Positions 49,350 through 62,900 of a stretch of 64,000 nt of DNA are shown here, piece by piece; positions within the stretch are counted from its first letter, which is position 1; every line of letters starts with the position of its first letter. A program made the position numbers and the translations under genes. The notes under the pieces were generated by a model that made no database searches, had not been told where the DNA came from, and saw only the letters and a program-made list of their open reading frames with translations. The DNA lies in the NCBI GenBank assembly GCA_013239625.1, contig MU057354.1, positions 21,989,890 to 22,053,889 on the forward strand, in the 5' to 3' direction. Source of the stretch: Lama guanicoe (lineage: Eukaryota).

Positions 49350-50574
49350 AAAATCATAGACTATTAGAGGTGGAAGGTAATTTAGAGGTAATTGGTGGGT
49401 TGGCTTTCAAGTTTATGCGTTAGTATCATAAGATTTTTGTTTGCAAATGAAAACTTACATGAAAGGTTTTAGGAAGTACCCCCCTGCCAACCCCACCAAA
49501 CCCCATCTCCACCCCCCACACTCACTTTCCAAGGAGAGCAGCTTGAAATCTCTGTGATTTCCCCAGGCTCAGAGACAGCCTGAATGGAGTCTGGGATTGA
49601 GGAAGGCAGAGCTGGGCTCTGTCGTGGCATTTCCCGAGCTTTTTGACTATGCCCCCCGCTGGAATTTCCAGGCATTCTGATGATCAGTGTCCCATGGAAA
49701 ATGAGGCTCCGGAAAAGATTCTTTTTTTTTTTTTTTCGCTGATGCTATGGACTGTAAAGTTGAGCTGGAAAGAACAGGGATGTTAATTCCAGAGACCGGA
49801 TGGGAGAGATCCCTTCCTACTTCCCCAGCGTACTCCCATAAAGTGCAATCATTGAAATTTCTGAAGCAGCTTATCCTGATCTGCCAGTGGAATTCAAGTG
49901 CTTGTGTGTGCAGCATAAATACATATAGAATACGGACTTTCGCTGTGTACATTTCTATCTGTGTGAGTATGTGCACCAAATACGTGATTTAAATATGTGA
50001 CTTGAATGGCAATGTGAAACCACTTCTGAATTTCTGGAGTTGTACAGGAATAATAGGTGAATCATCAGACACCTCCATAAATAATGTTGTCTCTGTTTGT
50101 GAAGGGAAGAAGCAGGGAGAAAGTAAATTCTGTACCTTGTAAGGTTGTGTGAGATTAACACTGATCCTATGCAAGATAACCAGAAGAGTATCCGAAACTT
50201 GACTTGTGTTTGGACGACTAAATAGGAAGCAGCCTGGTTTTCCTAAGAATGGGAAGACTGGGTCATGGAGAAGTGGTGTCATTTCCCTTTTGATGAGGGA
50301 TTGGGGAAGGAAGGGAGATAGCATTTATGGAGAGAATTCTGTATTCTGGGCAGATTACAGGAATCCTGGTAGGCGTCCCATATCTAAGTTTCAGCACAGC
50401 CTTTGACAGAGCGCCTTATTTTCTGATGAATAAATAGGAGATGTGGGGGCTGGGTGAGAGTCTAGTTGTGTGGCCTTAGAGTGACTTCAGTGACTGACAG
50501 GCTGCCGTCAGCCTTAAGGGAGAGCTTTGGTGCTGTGCCTCGGGGCTCACGTGTTCTACATCAGTATTCCTCTT

Positions 50575-51080
50575 GACTGTGACTTAGCCTAGGGTCTCCA
50601 AGAAAGCAGAGCCCAAGGCAAGGGCTGGTGTGCAAGTAGTTTATTTTTGGGCAGTGATCCTGGGGAAAAGGAATAGGGGCCGGGGAGGAGAGAAACAGGG
50701 TGGGGTGGGGGAAGCCAGCACAAGCCTGTGTAATTAAGCTGGTCACTGTCATGGGCACTAGGGCTCAGTCCCATGGGGACCCTCCAGGAGCCACACAGAC
50801 TCTGTCTCAGAAGGGACAGATGAGGTGGGTATTATCAGCAGGCTCTCCTCTCCCCTTGGTCAATGGTTGCCCCAGGGTGCTAAGTCTCTGTATTTGGGGG
50901 TTTCCACATGCACAAGTGCTGACCCTGTCCACCGTGTCGCACACTGTGGTGTCAGAGAAGCCCCAAGGTGGAAGGCTAGAGAGAAGTGGTATAAGGGAGG
51001 TGGGATGCTGTCAGGTTATACCTGTCTGAAGCTGGTAGCCATGGCAAGGACTGAGGTGTAAGCTGGGTTGAGAAGGTGTA
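50575..51080 (-). mobile_element. Old ERVL-class LTR (family uncertain)
   Basis: The text gcagagcccaaggcaagggctggtgtgcaagtagtttatttttgggcagtgatcc is typical of an antisense ERVL LTR U5/R region, with AATAAA on the minus strand. Confidence 0.5.
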
Positions 51081-52368
51081 GTTATCAAATCTGTGGATGA
51101 ACCGAGAGGGATAGCTGAGGACTTGATGACAGAATTGTGATCTAAAATATTTGAATATATTATGATTGCTATTTAACCACTGAAAGTGTAGCCTCTACAT
51201 TTGCATCCACTAGACCTCAGTTGGAAGAAGCATGACTTAGCAGCAGCGTGCATGGAGAAGACTTCTGGCTTTTAGTAGACTTAGAGCTTAGTATGAATAA
51301 TGTCACAGTGTGGTTGGCCCCAAAGCCACTAAACTTTTAATGATATGTTGTGTATATAATGCGATATATAATAATTTTATATTCAGAACAGGTCTTCTCT
51401 GTAGGTCAGACTGTCCCTGGAGTCTGAGGTGCAGTTCTGGACACATACTTTGAAGGAGATGGATGAGTCAGGGTGTGACTAGAGGGAGGAGGATGGTGTG
51501 TTTCTTTAGAAAAGAAGCTGGGACCTCTTAGTGACCTCCAAAGTCCCTTCTAACCTTAAGATTCTGTGATTTCTGTGAATCAGGAATAAAGATAAGAAAA
51601 CTTATCCAGAACCGTCCAGAGCAGAGCAGAGAGACAAGAGGAGAAAATGAATGAGTGAATGAATAAGGGTGGTCTTAAAAGCCTTCTTTAAATCATTTCC
51701 AGTGTATTCCTCCTGTACTTCTTAGCCTCTTTGGGCTACATATTTGTGGCACTTTGTTTAGGAAATACAAAATAGGGTGATTTTCTGTTCTTTTTTAAGT
51801 AGGCAGTGAGGTAAGCCTGGGTCATGAAGAAGAGTAGGGCCACCGCATTTCAGAAAAGTTATAGTGAACTGAATGGAATCTTGTTTCTTTGGGGTCACAC
51901 AGTAGCAGTGATAAACTCTGAGTGTGTCAGTCATTTGTTAGCAGAGGTGAATCATAATTGCAGTCTATGTCTCCAAGTCTCTTTTGTTCTCTCTGTATAG
52001 TTCTTTTTTTTTTTTGTATAGTTCTAAAAGTGACCATAAAATAGTCTTTGTATGGGAATAGATATCTTTTCTTTCTTTTTCCCCTCTTCCTCGCCCCCCC
52101 TCCTTTTTTGTTTTTGTTTTTTTTTTAGCGTTTTCTGTGTGTCAGTCACTGTGCAGATACACACATACACACATATGCACAATTGTTATCTGCAGTTATC
52201 GAACAGATGAATGATGCAAAGAAGCAGAACTAATGGTTGTGAAAATTCAGTGCAACACATTGCAATAATTAGATAATGTGCTTATTATTATCTAGAGTCT
52301 AGTGCACAGTAAGTGCTTAGTAAATGGTTTCTGAATTACATATTTTGTGTATATATACATATATATTA

Positions 52369-52434
52369 CAAGGTAGCATAATACTATGTGTATAATACAA
52401 AGTAGTATAATACTCTGTGTATAATAGAAAGTAG
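52369..52434. repeat. 29-bp minisatellite, about 2.3 copies
   Basis: The units are caaggtagcataatactatgtgtataata, caaagtagtataatactctgtgtataata and a partial gaaagtag. Confidence 0.8.
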
Positions 52435-55400
52435 ATATTGTGTCTGTTTTACAGATGAGGAAAGGTGAGTTGAGAGGGTTTAGAAATGTACTGAGGTCAG
52501 CGAGGCATTTCTGATATTAAAAGCCCGTGTCGAATCCTTGCCACTGTGTGAATGCTGCAGATCTCTTCCAGTTCTTGGGTAAATAAAAATGTAGGTGTTT
52601 AAAAGAAAACCACTTAAGGATATTTAATGGTAGTTTTGATAACATTTAATAAATTCGATCTTGGAAGAATTCTTTTCAGCTTGTCCATTTAAATGTCCCT
52701 CTTATTTATCGCATTTTACTCCTACATAGCTTGATATGGCTTGGCTTCTTTTTTCCATTGGCATATAAAAAAAATTAAGTGAGAGGCATTGATCCAAACA
52801 TTTCCCTTTCTATTATTAGGAAGACTCTGCATGAACGGGCAGGACCTGGGGAAGGAAACAGGTTGGCAAACCACGGAGAGGAAAGAATGAGGAGTGTGTT
52901 ATCTAATAGCTCATGGCATCTTTGACTTTGACACACTAGCAATCGATGAGCTGGGTCAGGATCTCCTTAGGATCTGGAATTGGGCGAAGCACCAACTTGA
53001 GGGCTGTAAATTAAAACAACCTCTCCCATTGTTTGTAAATGGTGGAAAACTTCTAAAGATTAGTTTAGGAAAACATGTTACAGTTGGTCGGAGGGTGAAT
53101 TCTCCTTACTTCATTTTCTAGTAGCATTAAGTTAAGGAGGTAGAAGAGACTTTATCTACTCCAGCCCCTCTGTTGAAGATTTGAGAAGACTGAGGTCAAC
53201 TAAGGGTACCTGCTAGCAGGGGAAGGGCTGGTTACACCCAGTTGCTTCCCGGCCATCTATGACCTAGACCTTGGTCTCCCACAGCTTCCCACGGCTGACT
53301 CGGCCACTAGGGTCACCACACTGAATGAGTGTGCTGGGCGTGGGAGATGTTCTGTTTACCTGGTTGTCAGAGACAGCATTCATCAGGCTGATCTTGTTCT
53401 TTGAAGTTGTTTCCAGACCCCCTTCTTTTTTGTTTCTTCACTCACAATAAAGCACAGATTTGTTTTCATTGGAGGATGATTAGCACTCGTATTTTGAAAT
53501 GGCAGAGAGAGTGTAGGAAGGTTTGGCTTTATTTTGGCATGTTTTAATCACAGTTCCAGTAATGTCCTCTTGGTTTATGCGGGAGCTGACTCAGCCACTC
53601 TGGAGTTACCCTAGATCCCAGGAGAACTGGATGTCGTTCGTGACTGCCCCACTGCCCGTGGGAGGGATCTCATTCACTGGTTGGTGAAGCAGTTCATTTG
53701 CGTGGAGGTGCAGTGGACGAGCTGAAACTCCTCCTGAGCATGTCCCCTGGCCCCTCAGGGCTCGCTGGCACCCTGCAGGCCCTGGTCACAAGGCACTGCC
53801 ATTGTTCTCCTTCCAGACTAGCCTGTGTCTTAGTCACTTTTGTCCTCCAGCACCTAATGTTGTGCCTGGACTTAGGTGGTCTCGGTACATTTTTGTTGAA
53901 AGAATGGATGAATGAATACAAAGAAATGTAACTCATACTCCTTGTGCACATGAGGCTTAAATCTTAGTTGGGAGAGAAACCCAACTGCATGAAGATTGAA
54001 TAATAAAACAAGACAAGATGAGAACCCTAGTGCTGTTAACAAGAAGTATGTGATAAAGGCCAGATGAGAGATTTAGATGCTGTTACTTTTCAGTCCATTA
54101 CGGAAGACATGGTTTAGGGTCTTGGTATCATTACTCAGAAATGATTTAAACTCTTTGAGCCTCAGTTTTCTCATCTGTGAAATGGAGTTAGCCCTATGAA
54201 CGTCACAGGGCTATTACCAGGATGAAGTGGGATTATATATGTGGAAAGTACTTTGTAAGGTGCGTCATGTTATATAAATGCAGGGTGACATTATTCTCAA
54301 ATGACCAACTGAAACAATGGGATAAAAATTTCAGGAATGTGGGTATTTAATAAAAGGTTCAGGAAGAGATAACTGTGCATTCTTTTTCAGGGCTTTTGCT
54401 TGTTAGCAAGAGCTGAAATAAACACACAAGTCTCCTGATGAACATCAGCCACCTCTGGGCCTGGACCAAGGCCTGGATCTGGTGATTCACCTGGGACTTG
54501 TAGCTGTTGGCCCAGAGTCCCCATAGGCTGGCCTGACTGTAACTGGTCAAACCTCAGTTTGTGTCCACTTTCATCCTTTGATTGATTAGATCATTGAGTG
54601 TGCCCTCTTCCAGTATGAAGGACTTCAGATGTCAGTGCTAAAGAATTTCTTTTGGGTAAAGTTACATAAAATGCTGTGTGGTGACCACTGTATCTGTACC
54701 TGCAGATACTCTGGTTTGAGTGTTCATGGAGCTGTTGACACTGTGTCATAGGGATTCTCCACATTAAATGACAGGTCTGGATTCTTTAAACATTTGTGAT
54801 TGTTTAAGCTTTCTTATTAAAGAGGTAACTTTTTCATGAAAGTTAGTATCCAACTTAATACCATGCAGTGGGAAATCTTTGAGTATTTTTGTATACCTCA
54901 GCTAAACAAGAGAATAATTATGCTCTGCCCTTTATTCTTTAATATTCTTTTCACCTTTACCTTTCATTTAACAAGCACTAGTTGGAAAAGGAGAACAGTT
55001 TCTTGTCATTGTTCTTGTTTGTTTGTTTTAAACAAAACTTCCCTATTCTCACATTTTTCTTTTAGTGTTAGAATGAGCTGTGTTAGCAAATTTTCCAGAT
55101 TATTGTGGTATTTGCAGATGATCTGAGCACAGTTAAAATATTGAAATGGTGAGCTGTAAGATCAAAACTGGACCTCGTGTGTGATTCTGATATAAAGGTG
55201 CTGATGGGTTACATGGAAATAAGTGCAGTGCATATATGTTTAGTTGGCAGTGTTTTCAGTAGGAAAAATGTGGACAAGAATTGCTGCTGCTGCTGCTGGT
55301 TTCCTTTGACTCTTCCCCCTTCTCATTTAGAGAGAAAGAACCCAAGAGTTAAAATAGGAAATGCTGGAGTTCTGTTGAATTAAAATGGCAAGTGGTGTTT

Positions 55401-55994
55401 ATCAGCCGCTCAGTCCTTGGACAGAGCAGGGGTGTGTGTGTGTGTGTGTGTGAAGACAAATAAGGAGGTGCCTCGCCATCCCTGGTCCTCCCAACGCCCC
55501 CATCCCGCTGCACGTTACCAGCTCGGCACTTAGCACTCTGGATTGCAATTACCATGTTAGCTGAGGAACAGTTCCAGAGTAAAGGAAGCCCCAGAGAAAT
55601 GACAACAGAATGCAACATGGGGTTCTGGAATGGGAAAAACTATGTTGTAAAGGACAGTATTGGGACACCTACATCCATGATAGGGAATAATGTTGTATCA
55701 ATTTAAAATCTCCTTAGTATGATCATTATGCCTTGGTCACATTGGAAAATGTCCTATTGTTAGAAGGTGCATGCTGAAGTCTTCAGGAGTGAAGGGACAT
55801 GATGTCTGCAACTTACCCTCAAATGGTTATATGTAAGGTAACAAAGATGAAGAATTGGTGAATCTTGATGAAATGTATATGAGAACACATTTTTGAAAAT
55901 AAAAAGATCAAAATGTTGACCTTTTTAGCTTTTGGTATCCTGTGCTGAAACGCTGGCTCCAAGAGGGAAGGGCCTGTGTTTTATCACCCTTGTG

Positions 55995-56161
55995 GAGGTT
56001 GCCAGATAAAATACCGGATGCCTAGTTAACTTTGAATTGCAGATACACCATGAATAATGGGGCATACTTCTATCACTTACACCAAAAATAACTGTTTGGT
56101 GTATCTGCAGTTCAGAGTTAACTGAGGGTCCTGTATTTGTATTTGCTGATTCTGGCAACCG
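55995..56161. mobile_element. MER53-like palindromic hAT MITE
   Basis: The inverted ends are GGTTGCCAGA...TCTGGCAACC, with inner arms gttaactttgaattgcagatacacca and tggtgtatctgcagttcagagttaac. Confidence 0.8.
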
Positions 56162-56251
56162 CATTCTGAACCAGGGCACCCCTGGTAGCGACAGGGTGAG
56201 AGGCACGCAGGAGGTGTTCCCCTGCCACTGGGGATAAATCACATGGCTTTT

Positions 56252-56367
56252 TTTGGCTTGTTTTGTTTGCCTTAAAAGAATTTTTTTTAAATTGAAGTAT
56301 ATTCAGTTTACAATATTGTGTTAACTTCTGGTGTGCAGCATAGTGATTCAGTTATACAGAGATAGAG
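56252..56367 (-). mobile_element. Severely 5'-truncated L1 3' end with TSD
   Basis: It reads attgaagtatattcagtttacaatattgtgttaacttctggtgtgcagcatagtgattcag. The TSD ACATGGCTTTT is at 56241-56251 and 56368-56378. Confidence 0.75.
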
Positions 56368-59300
56368 ACATGGCTTTTCAGAATCGTGTTCTGAAGCGTT
56401 CTGGTAGATAACACCCCGCATGGCTGAGCACGGAGCTGGGACTTCACATTTTCTTGGACTTGATCTCCTCCTTGCCCTGCTCCCTTTGATTTTGATTGAT
56501 CTTTTCCCTTTGAGCTGATGCAAGCTTTCTCCATTTCTCTGTAGTTGGCGGAGTCAGCTGGGTTACATTTTATACTAAGTTACCCACGTCCTGACACTCC
56601 TGACAGGTTTAAGATCTTCTTCTAACACACTTGAGTAGAATGGATACTGGAATCTATTTTGACAGCTGTTGAAAATCTAGGCTGTTGTTACAGCAGGTTA
56701 AAGAGGTTATTTGTAACACTGGAATTATTCTGTGAACCTTTTGAAAAAATGTGCATACTCTTCAGGCAAATAGTATTTTATAGAATTTAAATGATTTTGG
56801 TGTTCACGGTTAAATTATCAAGTAAAATGCTCCTAGGAATTATACACATCATAATATTTTCCATTGATTTTCTCCACCAATGTAGTAATAGTACATTTCA
56901 ATGCTCTCTGTTACCAGTGCCTTTTAAACTGCAGGTGTAGAGTCTTTAAACATAGCTAGTCTATTGCCAGCTGTCCCATTGATAACCTTCCCTTTAAAAG
57001 TGACCTTTGAGCAATTTCATAAAGAATGAATATTTATAGTATTTTCTTGCTGAGCTGCTAAAAGAGGGGTCTATGTAAGTAACAGGTGGCTTCAGTTGGC
57101 CTGCTTTCCCTGAAATGTGATTCAAAGAAAGCATTGCATTATTTTCTCATTGGAATTGTGATTATGGGCTAGACTGACTTCATTTTTGGCAAACTGCGCA
57201 TCAGTGTTGAGGTTTCGGTTTAGGGTGGGGTGTCTTGTATGGGCAGGAGCAGGAGAGCTTTACAGATGAGACACAGCAGCTGAGGGACAAGACATCCAAG
57301 GTCGTCTTTACTAAGCAGAGGCATTTTTACCAGAGGAGCTGTTGTTCTACTGGGCTTTAGTTTTAGGGGCAAGTGTTCAGATGAACCCTTCAGATTTAAA
57401 TGTTCTTTCATCTCAGAAGAGGGCTTTGTCAAATTAATCATCAATGCAGTGCTTAGCACATAGTAGGCACTCATGGTAAGTTTGTCCAATGGAATGAACT
57501 GGATAATTATATTTGGGTTATTATGTAACTTTTAACATGATTTACTTACTTGAAATAGAAGCTCTTTCCATTACTGCCCTTTACCCAATTGCTTGGCAAC
57601 ACAATTGTTAACATGTTTTATGATGAAAATAAATGTTCCAATCTAAGTTTACGCTAGATAAGATTATAATACAAAGAATTGGAAGCATTAAATGGTGAAA
57701 TGGATTTTGACACAAAAGCTATTTCTGAGAAGTCTATTCTATTAAGCATACTTTCTCCTGTGTCTGAAAAGATTGATCACATTGTGCAAAGCAGGTCCTA
57801 GCAAACAGGGTAGAAGAGTTTTTAAAAAGAAAACATTCTTATTAGAAGAATTACATCTCTATGGAAGAAAAATTGAAAAAGAGAGAGTATCACATAAATA
57901 ACCCCTGTAATCTTATTTCTCATTTTATTGAATATATTTAAGAGTCTTCTTTCCTACCAGCAATACACAAATTTTTTTTCACACACATACACGAAATTAG
58001 GACCATATGAACATTGTGGTGATAGATATGTGTTTTTATGTTGTTCTGCAAAGAAATATATTTAAACTGCCTTTTAATCTTAATTTGTCATTCATATTTT
58101 AATGCATCACCATTCATTTTTTTCACAACACTATTTTTAATGACTGTGTAGCATATCATGGTATGGCTGTGCCATAATTTATTAAACCAAAGCCTATACT
58201 TGCTCAGTTAGATTATATCCAGTTTTTTACAATGCTGTGATAAACAGCCTTTAAAGCATGGTTATTACTTTGGGTTCCATGCCTGGAAGTGCAAGTTTTG
58301 GGTGACACATTCTAAAAATTTTGTCTATAGTATGTTAACCACACTGTCCTTCTGAACGTTTGGGCAAATGAATGTTCCTGTGAATATTTAAGTGTTTAAT
58401 TCTTACACACTCTTTTCTACAATGGATATCATTAAAAACAAACAAAAATAACCTGTTTGGTAGGTCCTTATTTTCAGTTATATTTATTTCTTTGATGGTA
58501 CTTTTTTTCCCTATATTTATGGTCCAGTTGTAGTTTTTATCCTTTCTTTCTATCTGTTTTTCCTTTAGGGCATTTGTTTTTACTTACTAATTTATGATCA
58601 CTCTTTATCACGTATTTTTTTTCCTTCCCATTTTTGTATAATGTGATTTGATGTCTGGAAGTTTTAAATTTTGATTCAGTCAGTCTATTGGTAGGAAAAG
58701 GATTTTTGAGAGAGCAAGTGATATTTCTGTCAGAAGCTTATTTTCTGCCCCTGTGTGGTATCATTTAGTTTTCCAGAAGGAAGAGCTAACTGCTCAGTTT
58801 TAGTTTAATCCCCTCAGAAGAATTTATTAAAATGTATACAATTTATGAAAATGTATACAACTTATATATCAAGAATCAAGACATGTCTGAATTTGCATTG
58901 TTTCAACAGTTTATCAAAAAGCTTGAACTGGTACTTTCATCCTAGGAATTTCTCATTTTGGAGTTTGGTCTGTTTTATATCAAGACACATTAGAGGTAGG
59001 ACAAGAGTTGAAATAGATAAATGATTCATTGTGTGTGAAATTTTCTAAAGATGGAGTAATTTACATGCTCATCTATCAGGAATGCTTAGACATGGGGCTG
59101 GAAACAATGACTACTATCAGCCTATGAGAGCTGATGGTCTTCTGAGTCATAGACACCTACTTGGTCAAAAAGCCTCATGCTTCTTTCTCCAGTGTGTTGG
59201 AATTTTGTAGCCATATGTAGTATGGATACTTTGGTTAGATTTTCCATGTTGATATTTTTCTGGTCCATTCTGCATCAAGTTTGTGTTACCAGTGTAAATA

Positions 59301-59619
59301 GCAAGACTCAACTGTATACAAAATTATTTTAGAAGACAAGTGATATTAACATCAGTTAGAGCCAGTGATTTTCAATGTGGGGGAGTACACATGTCTTTCC
59401 AGAAGGTAATAAGGTGATTTGTGTCATTCATTCACTCACTAACTTTATTTTGTGCCTGTTCAAACTATATTTTTTGTAGGAAGGAACATGTATGGTGTTA
59501 GAAGTTGAGATCCAGTTCTGTACAAAACATACTCCTTTCCTTAATTTAAAAGCAAAGTCCATTGCTTTGATTTGTTTTAATTATGATAGCTTTACTTTAA
59601 TTTTCAAAATAAGGCAAGA

Positions 59620-59945
59620 ACTCCCTCTTGCCCCAGATGTCTGCATGGCTCATTTCTTCATGTCCTTCAGGTCTCTGTTCACATGTCACCTTCTCAGAGA
59701 AGCCTTCCTGACCAGCTTTTCTAAATCCTTTTCCCTGGTTTCTTTTATTCAGAGTATTCATCACCTTATGACATATTACATTATGTATCTGTGTATCATC
59801 CAAACCCCCCACTAGAATGTAAAGTCCATGAAAGAAGGGTGTTGTCAGTTTTGTTGACTGCTGCCCCCAACCTGCCCGGCATCAGAAACAGAACACAGAA
59901 TGTAGCAGGCACACAATAAATATTTGTTGAAAAATTAATTCACTG
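59620..59945 (+). mobile_element. L2 3' end
   Basis: It carries the signature ccccactagaatgtaaagtccatgaaag...gtagcaggcacacaataaatatttgttga. Confidence 0.7.
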
Positions 59946-62900
59946 AATATTTGCATGCCTGTGATGTACTGGCACTGGAAGTGGTGATAAGTACTGTGAA
60001 GAAAAATAAAGCTGGGTAAGGAGACAGATCTTAGAAATGTCTATCTTAAAAAGGCTAGGGTTATAAAAAGTAGGAAGACACTGATTAGGCAGTCTTCTCT
60101 TCTCTTTTCTTTTCTCTGAGTGTCCTTGCCTCTCCCAGCTGTGTTGGGGCCACTGTGTCGGCTGTATTGAGTCTGCCTAAGGTGTGGCGCTACATGCTTT
60201 TCATGCCTCACTCCAAGTTGACCCTCCCACTTGAGTAACATGAAAACCCAAATGTGGTCAGCTCTTGAGTTTGTATTTCCCAGACCCCTGGGTAACATGC
60301 TTTCCAGCAGCGAGCTCCTTTCAGAAGTAGCCAAAGGCTTAGGGTTTGAGAGAAAGTCAAACATTAATAAATGTTCAAGGGTGCTTTTATTATAGTTTTG
60401 ACTTTTGGCTTTAATAATCACATGATTCTTTGAGGGCTGCATCATAGAAAGATTTTCAAGCCTTAAAAATTAGTTTCTTATCTCAGACCTTCTCTTCCCC
60501 CAGTTACCTCTGTAGCTTGCCATTCATACCTTCCAAGATCTTGGCCAGTGTCTCTCAAAGGCACAGAGATAGGGCCCAAAGAGGATGGCTGAGGGCTGTT
60601 CTTTGGTTATCACCATGACTAGATTTTAGCACCCGAGTTAGGGATGCCCAGTGTCCTGCAAGACATGAGACAGGAGATGGTCATTCGTGACAGAGAGACG
60701 TTGTCCTGCCCAGAATGCCGTGGTGCCCCGAGAGGAAATGCTGATTCTATCCTAGTGAGACTTCTGTGAGACTTCAGAAACTTTAGAAACCTGTGAGATG
60801 TTGTTGGTTTTCACAATGTAAAGGGGTGGTTTGCTACTGGCATTGAATGGGCGGGATCAAGGAGGCTACAAGTCCTACAGTGCCTGGGGCAGTTGCCCAC
60901 CTCGGAGCATTGCCCCGCTTCCCACTTGACTTTCCAATGTCCACCAGGCAACAGGGAAGTGAAAAACCCTACTCTGATAATTTTCAGGGCCTACAAACAA
61001 CTCTATAAGCAAAAGACATTTTTTACACAACTTAAATGCATGGAGATCTGTATTTTGTCTTCTTCTGGACTTTACCAAGAGTCCCCTCCCACGCTGGCAC
61101 CATTATTTGTGGTTTGTAACCAGTTGTCAGTCTGTGTGCGTGGCTGTTGCATTCACAGGGATTGTCTTCTGGAGATCTCGTGTCTGAAAATATTCATGTT
61201 GCGATGTATATTATACCATTATAAGTAATTTTCCTTTTATTTCTCCTTTATATTGCAGCTAGATCATGACATTGATTTATTAGAATCACGTGTGGATTTG
61301 GTTATATAGCCAGTGACTTTCATTACAAGATTGTAAAGGGGGTATGGAGTCTGATGAGGTTGAAAACCTTCACTCTAACCTGACGGAAGTTGTATTTCCT
61401 ACTCCTCTTCTACATACACCCTGTTTCAACCAAAGTGATTTGCTCTGTGTCCCACATTTTCTCTCCTTCCACCTGTGCCTCAAACTACCCCTCCAGGTTC
61501 CTTCCATCTCCCCCTCTACAATCCCCACCCACCCATCAGAGCCCAGTTCCCTGGGCAGCCTCGTGAAGTCATCATTCCTCAATCACCACAGCTCTGTGAC
61601 TTTCAATTTTTTTTTTAAGCTCTTGTGGCACTTGTAAGCACTCCTCATTCAACACTTGTCTGCAGCCCAGTGGTATCTTTTTAAGTTTAAGTTATCTCCT
61701 CGAATAGCTTGCAGGCTTCAGATGGTCAACTTGATTTAGTCTTTTTATCCTGTGCAGAGTCTAGGAATGCTTGATGAATCGCCAGCTCTTACTCAAGGGC
61801 TGCCCTCTCTTGTCTTCTTCTTTCCCAAATATGAATTCTTTCCTGTCTGACATTTTGCTAATTACAAAAGTAAACATGTTCATTGTTAAGACATTTATGG
61901 AAAAGCAAAAGAAGAAAATCATCATCATCCCTAATCTGCCACTCAGAGCCTCTCACAATCTATCATTTTAGGGCGTTTCCTTCTAGACTGTCTTCGCTTT
62001 GTACATCTGTTTTGAACAAAATTAGAATCATGTACTTTATATGGTGTGCATTGGGCTTCCCCCCTGCCCTTTTCACTGAATGTGATATCACAAGCATTTT
62101 CCTTCATCACTAAATATAAACATGTTTTATGGAAAATTTTAGACATATAAAAATAGAATAATGCAGTAAACTCCTAGATACCCAACATTCAGCTTCAGTA
62201 ATTACTAGGATTCTGTCATTCTGACTATGTGGTTTGTAACGACTGCATTCCGTTCCATTGTTTGGATGATACGTAATTTATTTAACCATTTCTCTGCTAT
62301 TGTAAATTTGGATGATTTCTAGTTTTCTATAATTATAGATGCTTATGTTCTTGTTCTTCTTGTCATAATTATTATTCTTGCTTCCTGGTGAACCTAATTA
62401 ATTTCTTCATGATTAAGTAACTCTGATTATTATTAGTTTTGTATTCTGGGATTTTTATTGTATTTCATATCTCTGGCTGGTTTCATTGTCATTTTTCTTT
62501 TCTCCATCCATCAAATATTTCTTGTATTAGCCAGAGCAAGTCTCAAATGAATTACAGCAACAAGTTATGTTTCTCTATTCATTTTTTATAGACCCCCTGA
62601 ACCTGACAATGTGAGAGGATAGTATTACTTTCTAGGTATTCGTAAGGGGCAATCACAAGAAGGAAAGAGAAAATGGTTTCAGGAGAAACAGTATCTGATA
62701 AATTAGTCTCTGCCCAATGGAAATTTATTTTACAAATGCTTAATATTGCTTCATTTTGATTGAAAAATGTTCTCTTATAGGCTGAATTGTGACCATCTAT
62801 CTAAACTAAGGTGCATTTGAACCCATATGCACAAGTGTTTTCTCCAGCTGACTTAAATTTATATTTTAACAAGTATATTTGGTATTAAAAAAAAACTCAG

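Noticed and set aside
51781-51816. Second microexon-like pattern (pyrimidine tract, AAG/TAG/CAG, then GAG|GTAAGC)
   Set aside because: Possible lengths of 11, 8 or 4 nt all shift frame and the acceptors are ambiguous. It shows that such patterns occur by chance.
55995-56161. MER53 hairpin as a miR-1302-type precursor
   Set aside because: The central arm complementary to the miR-1302-like segment is deleted and that segment is diverged.
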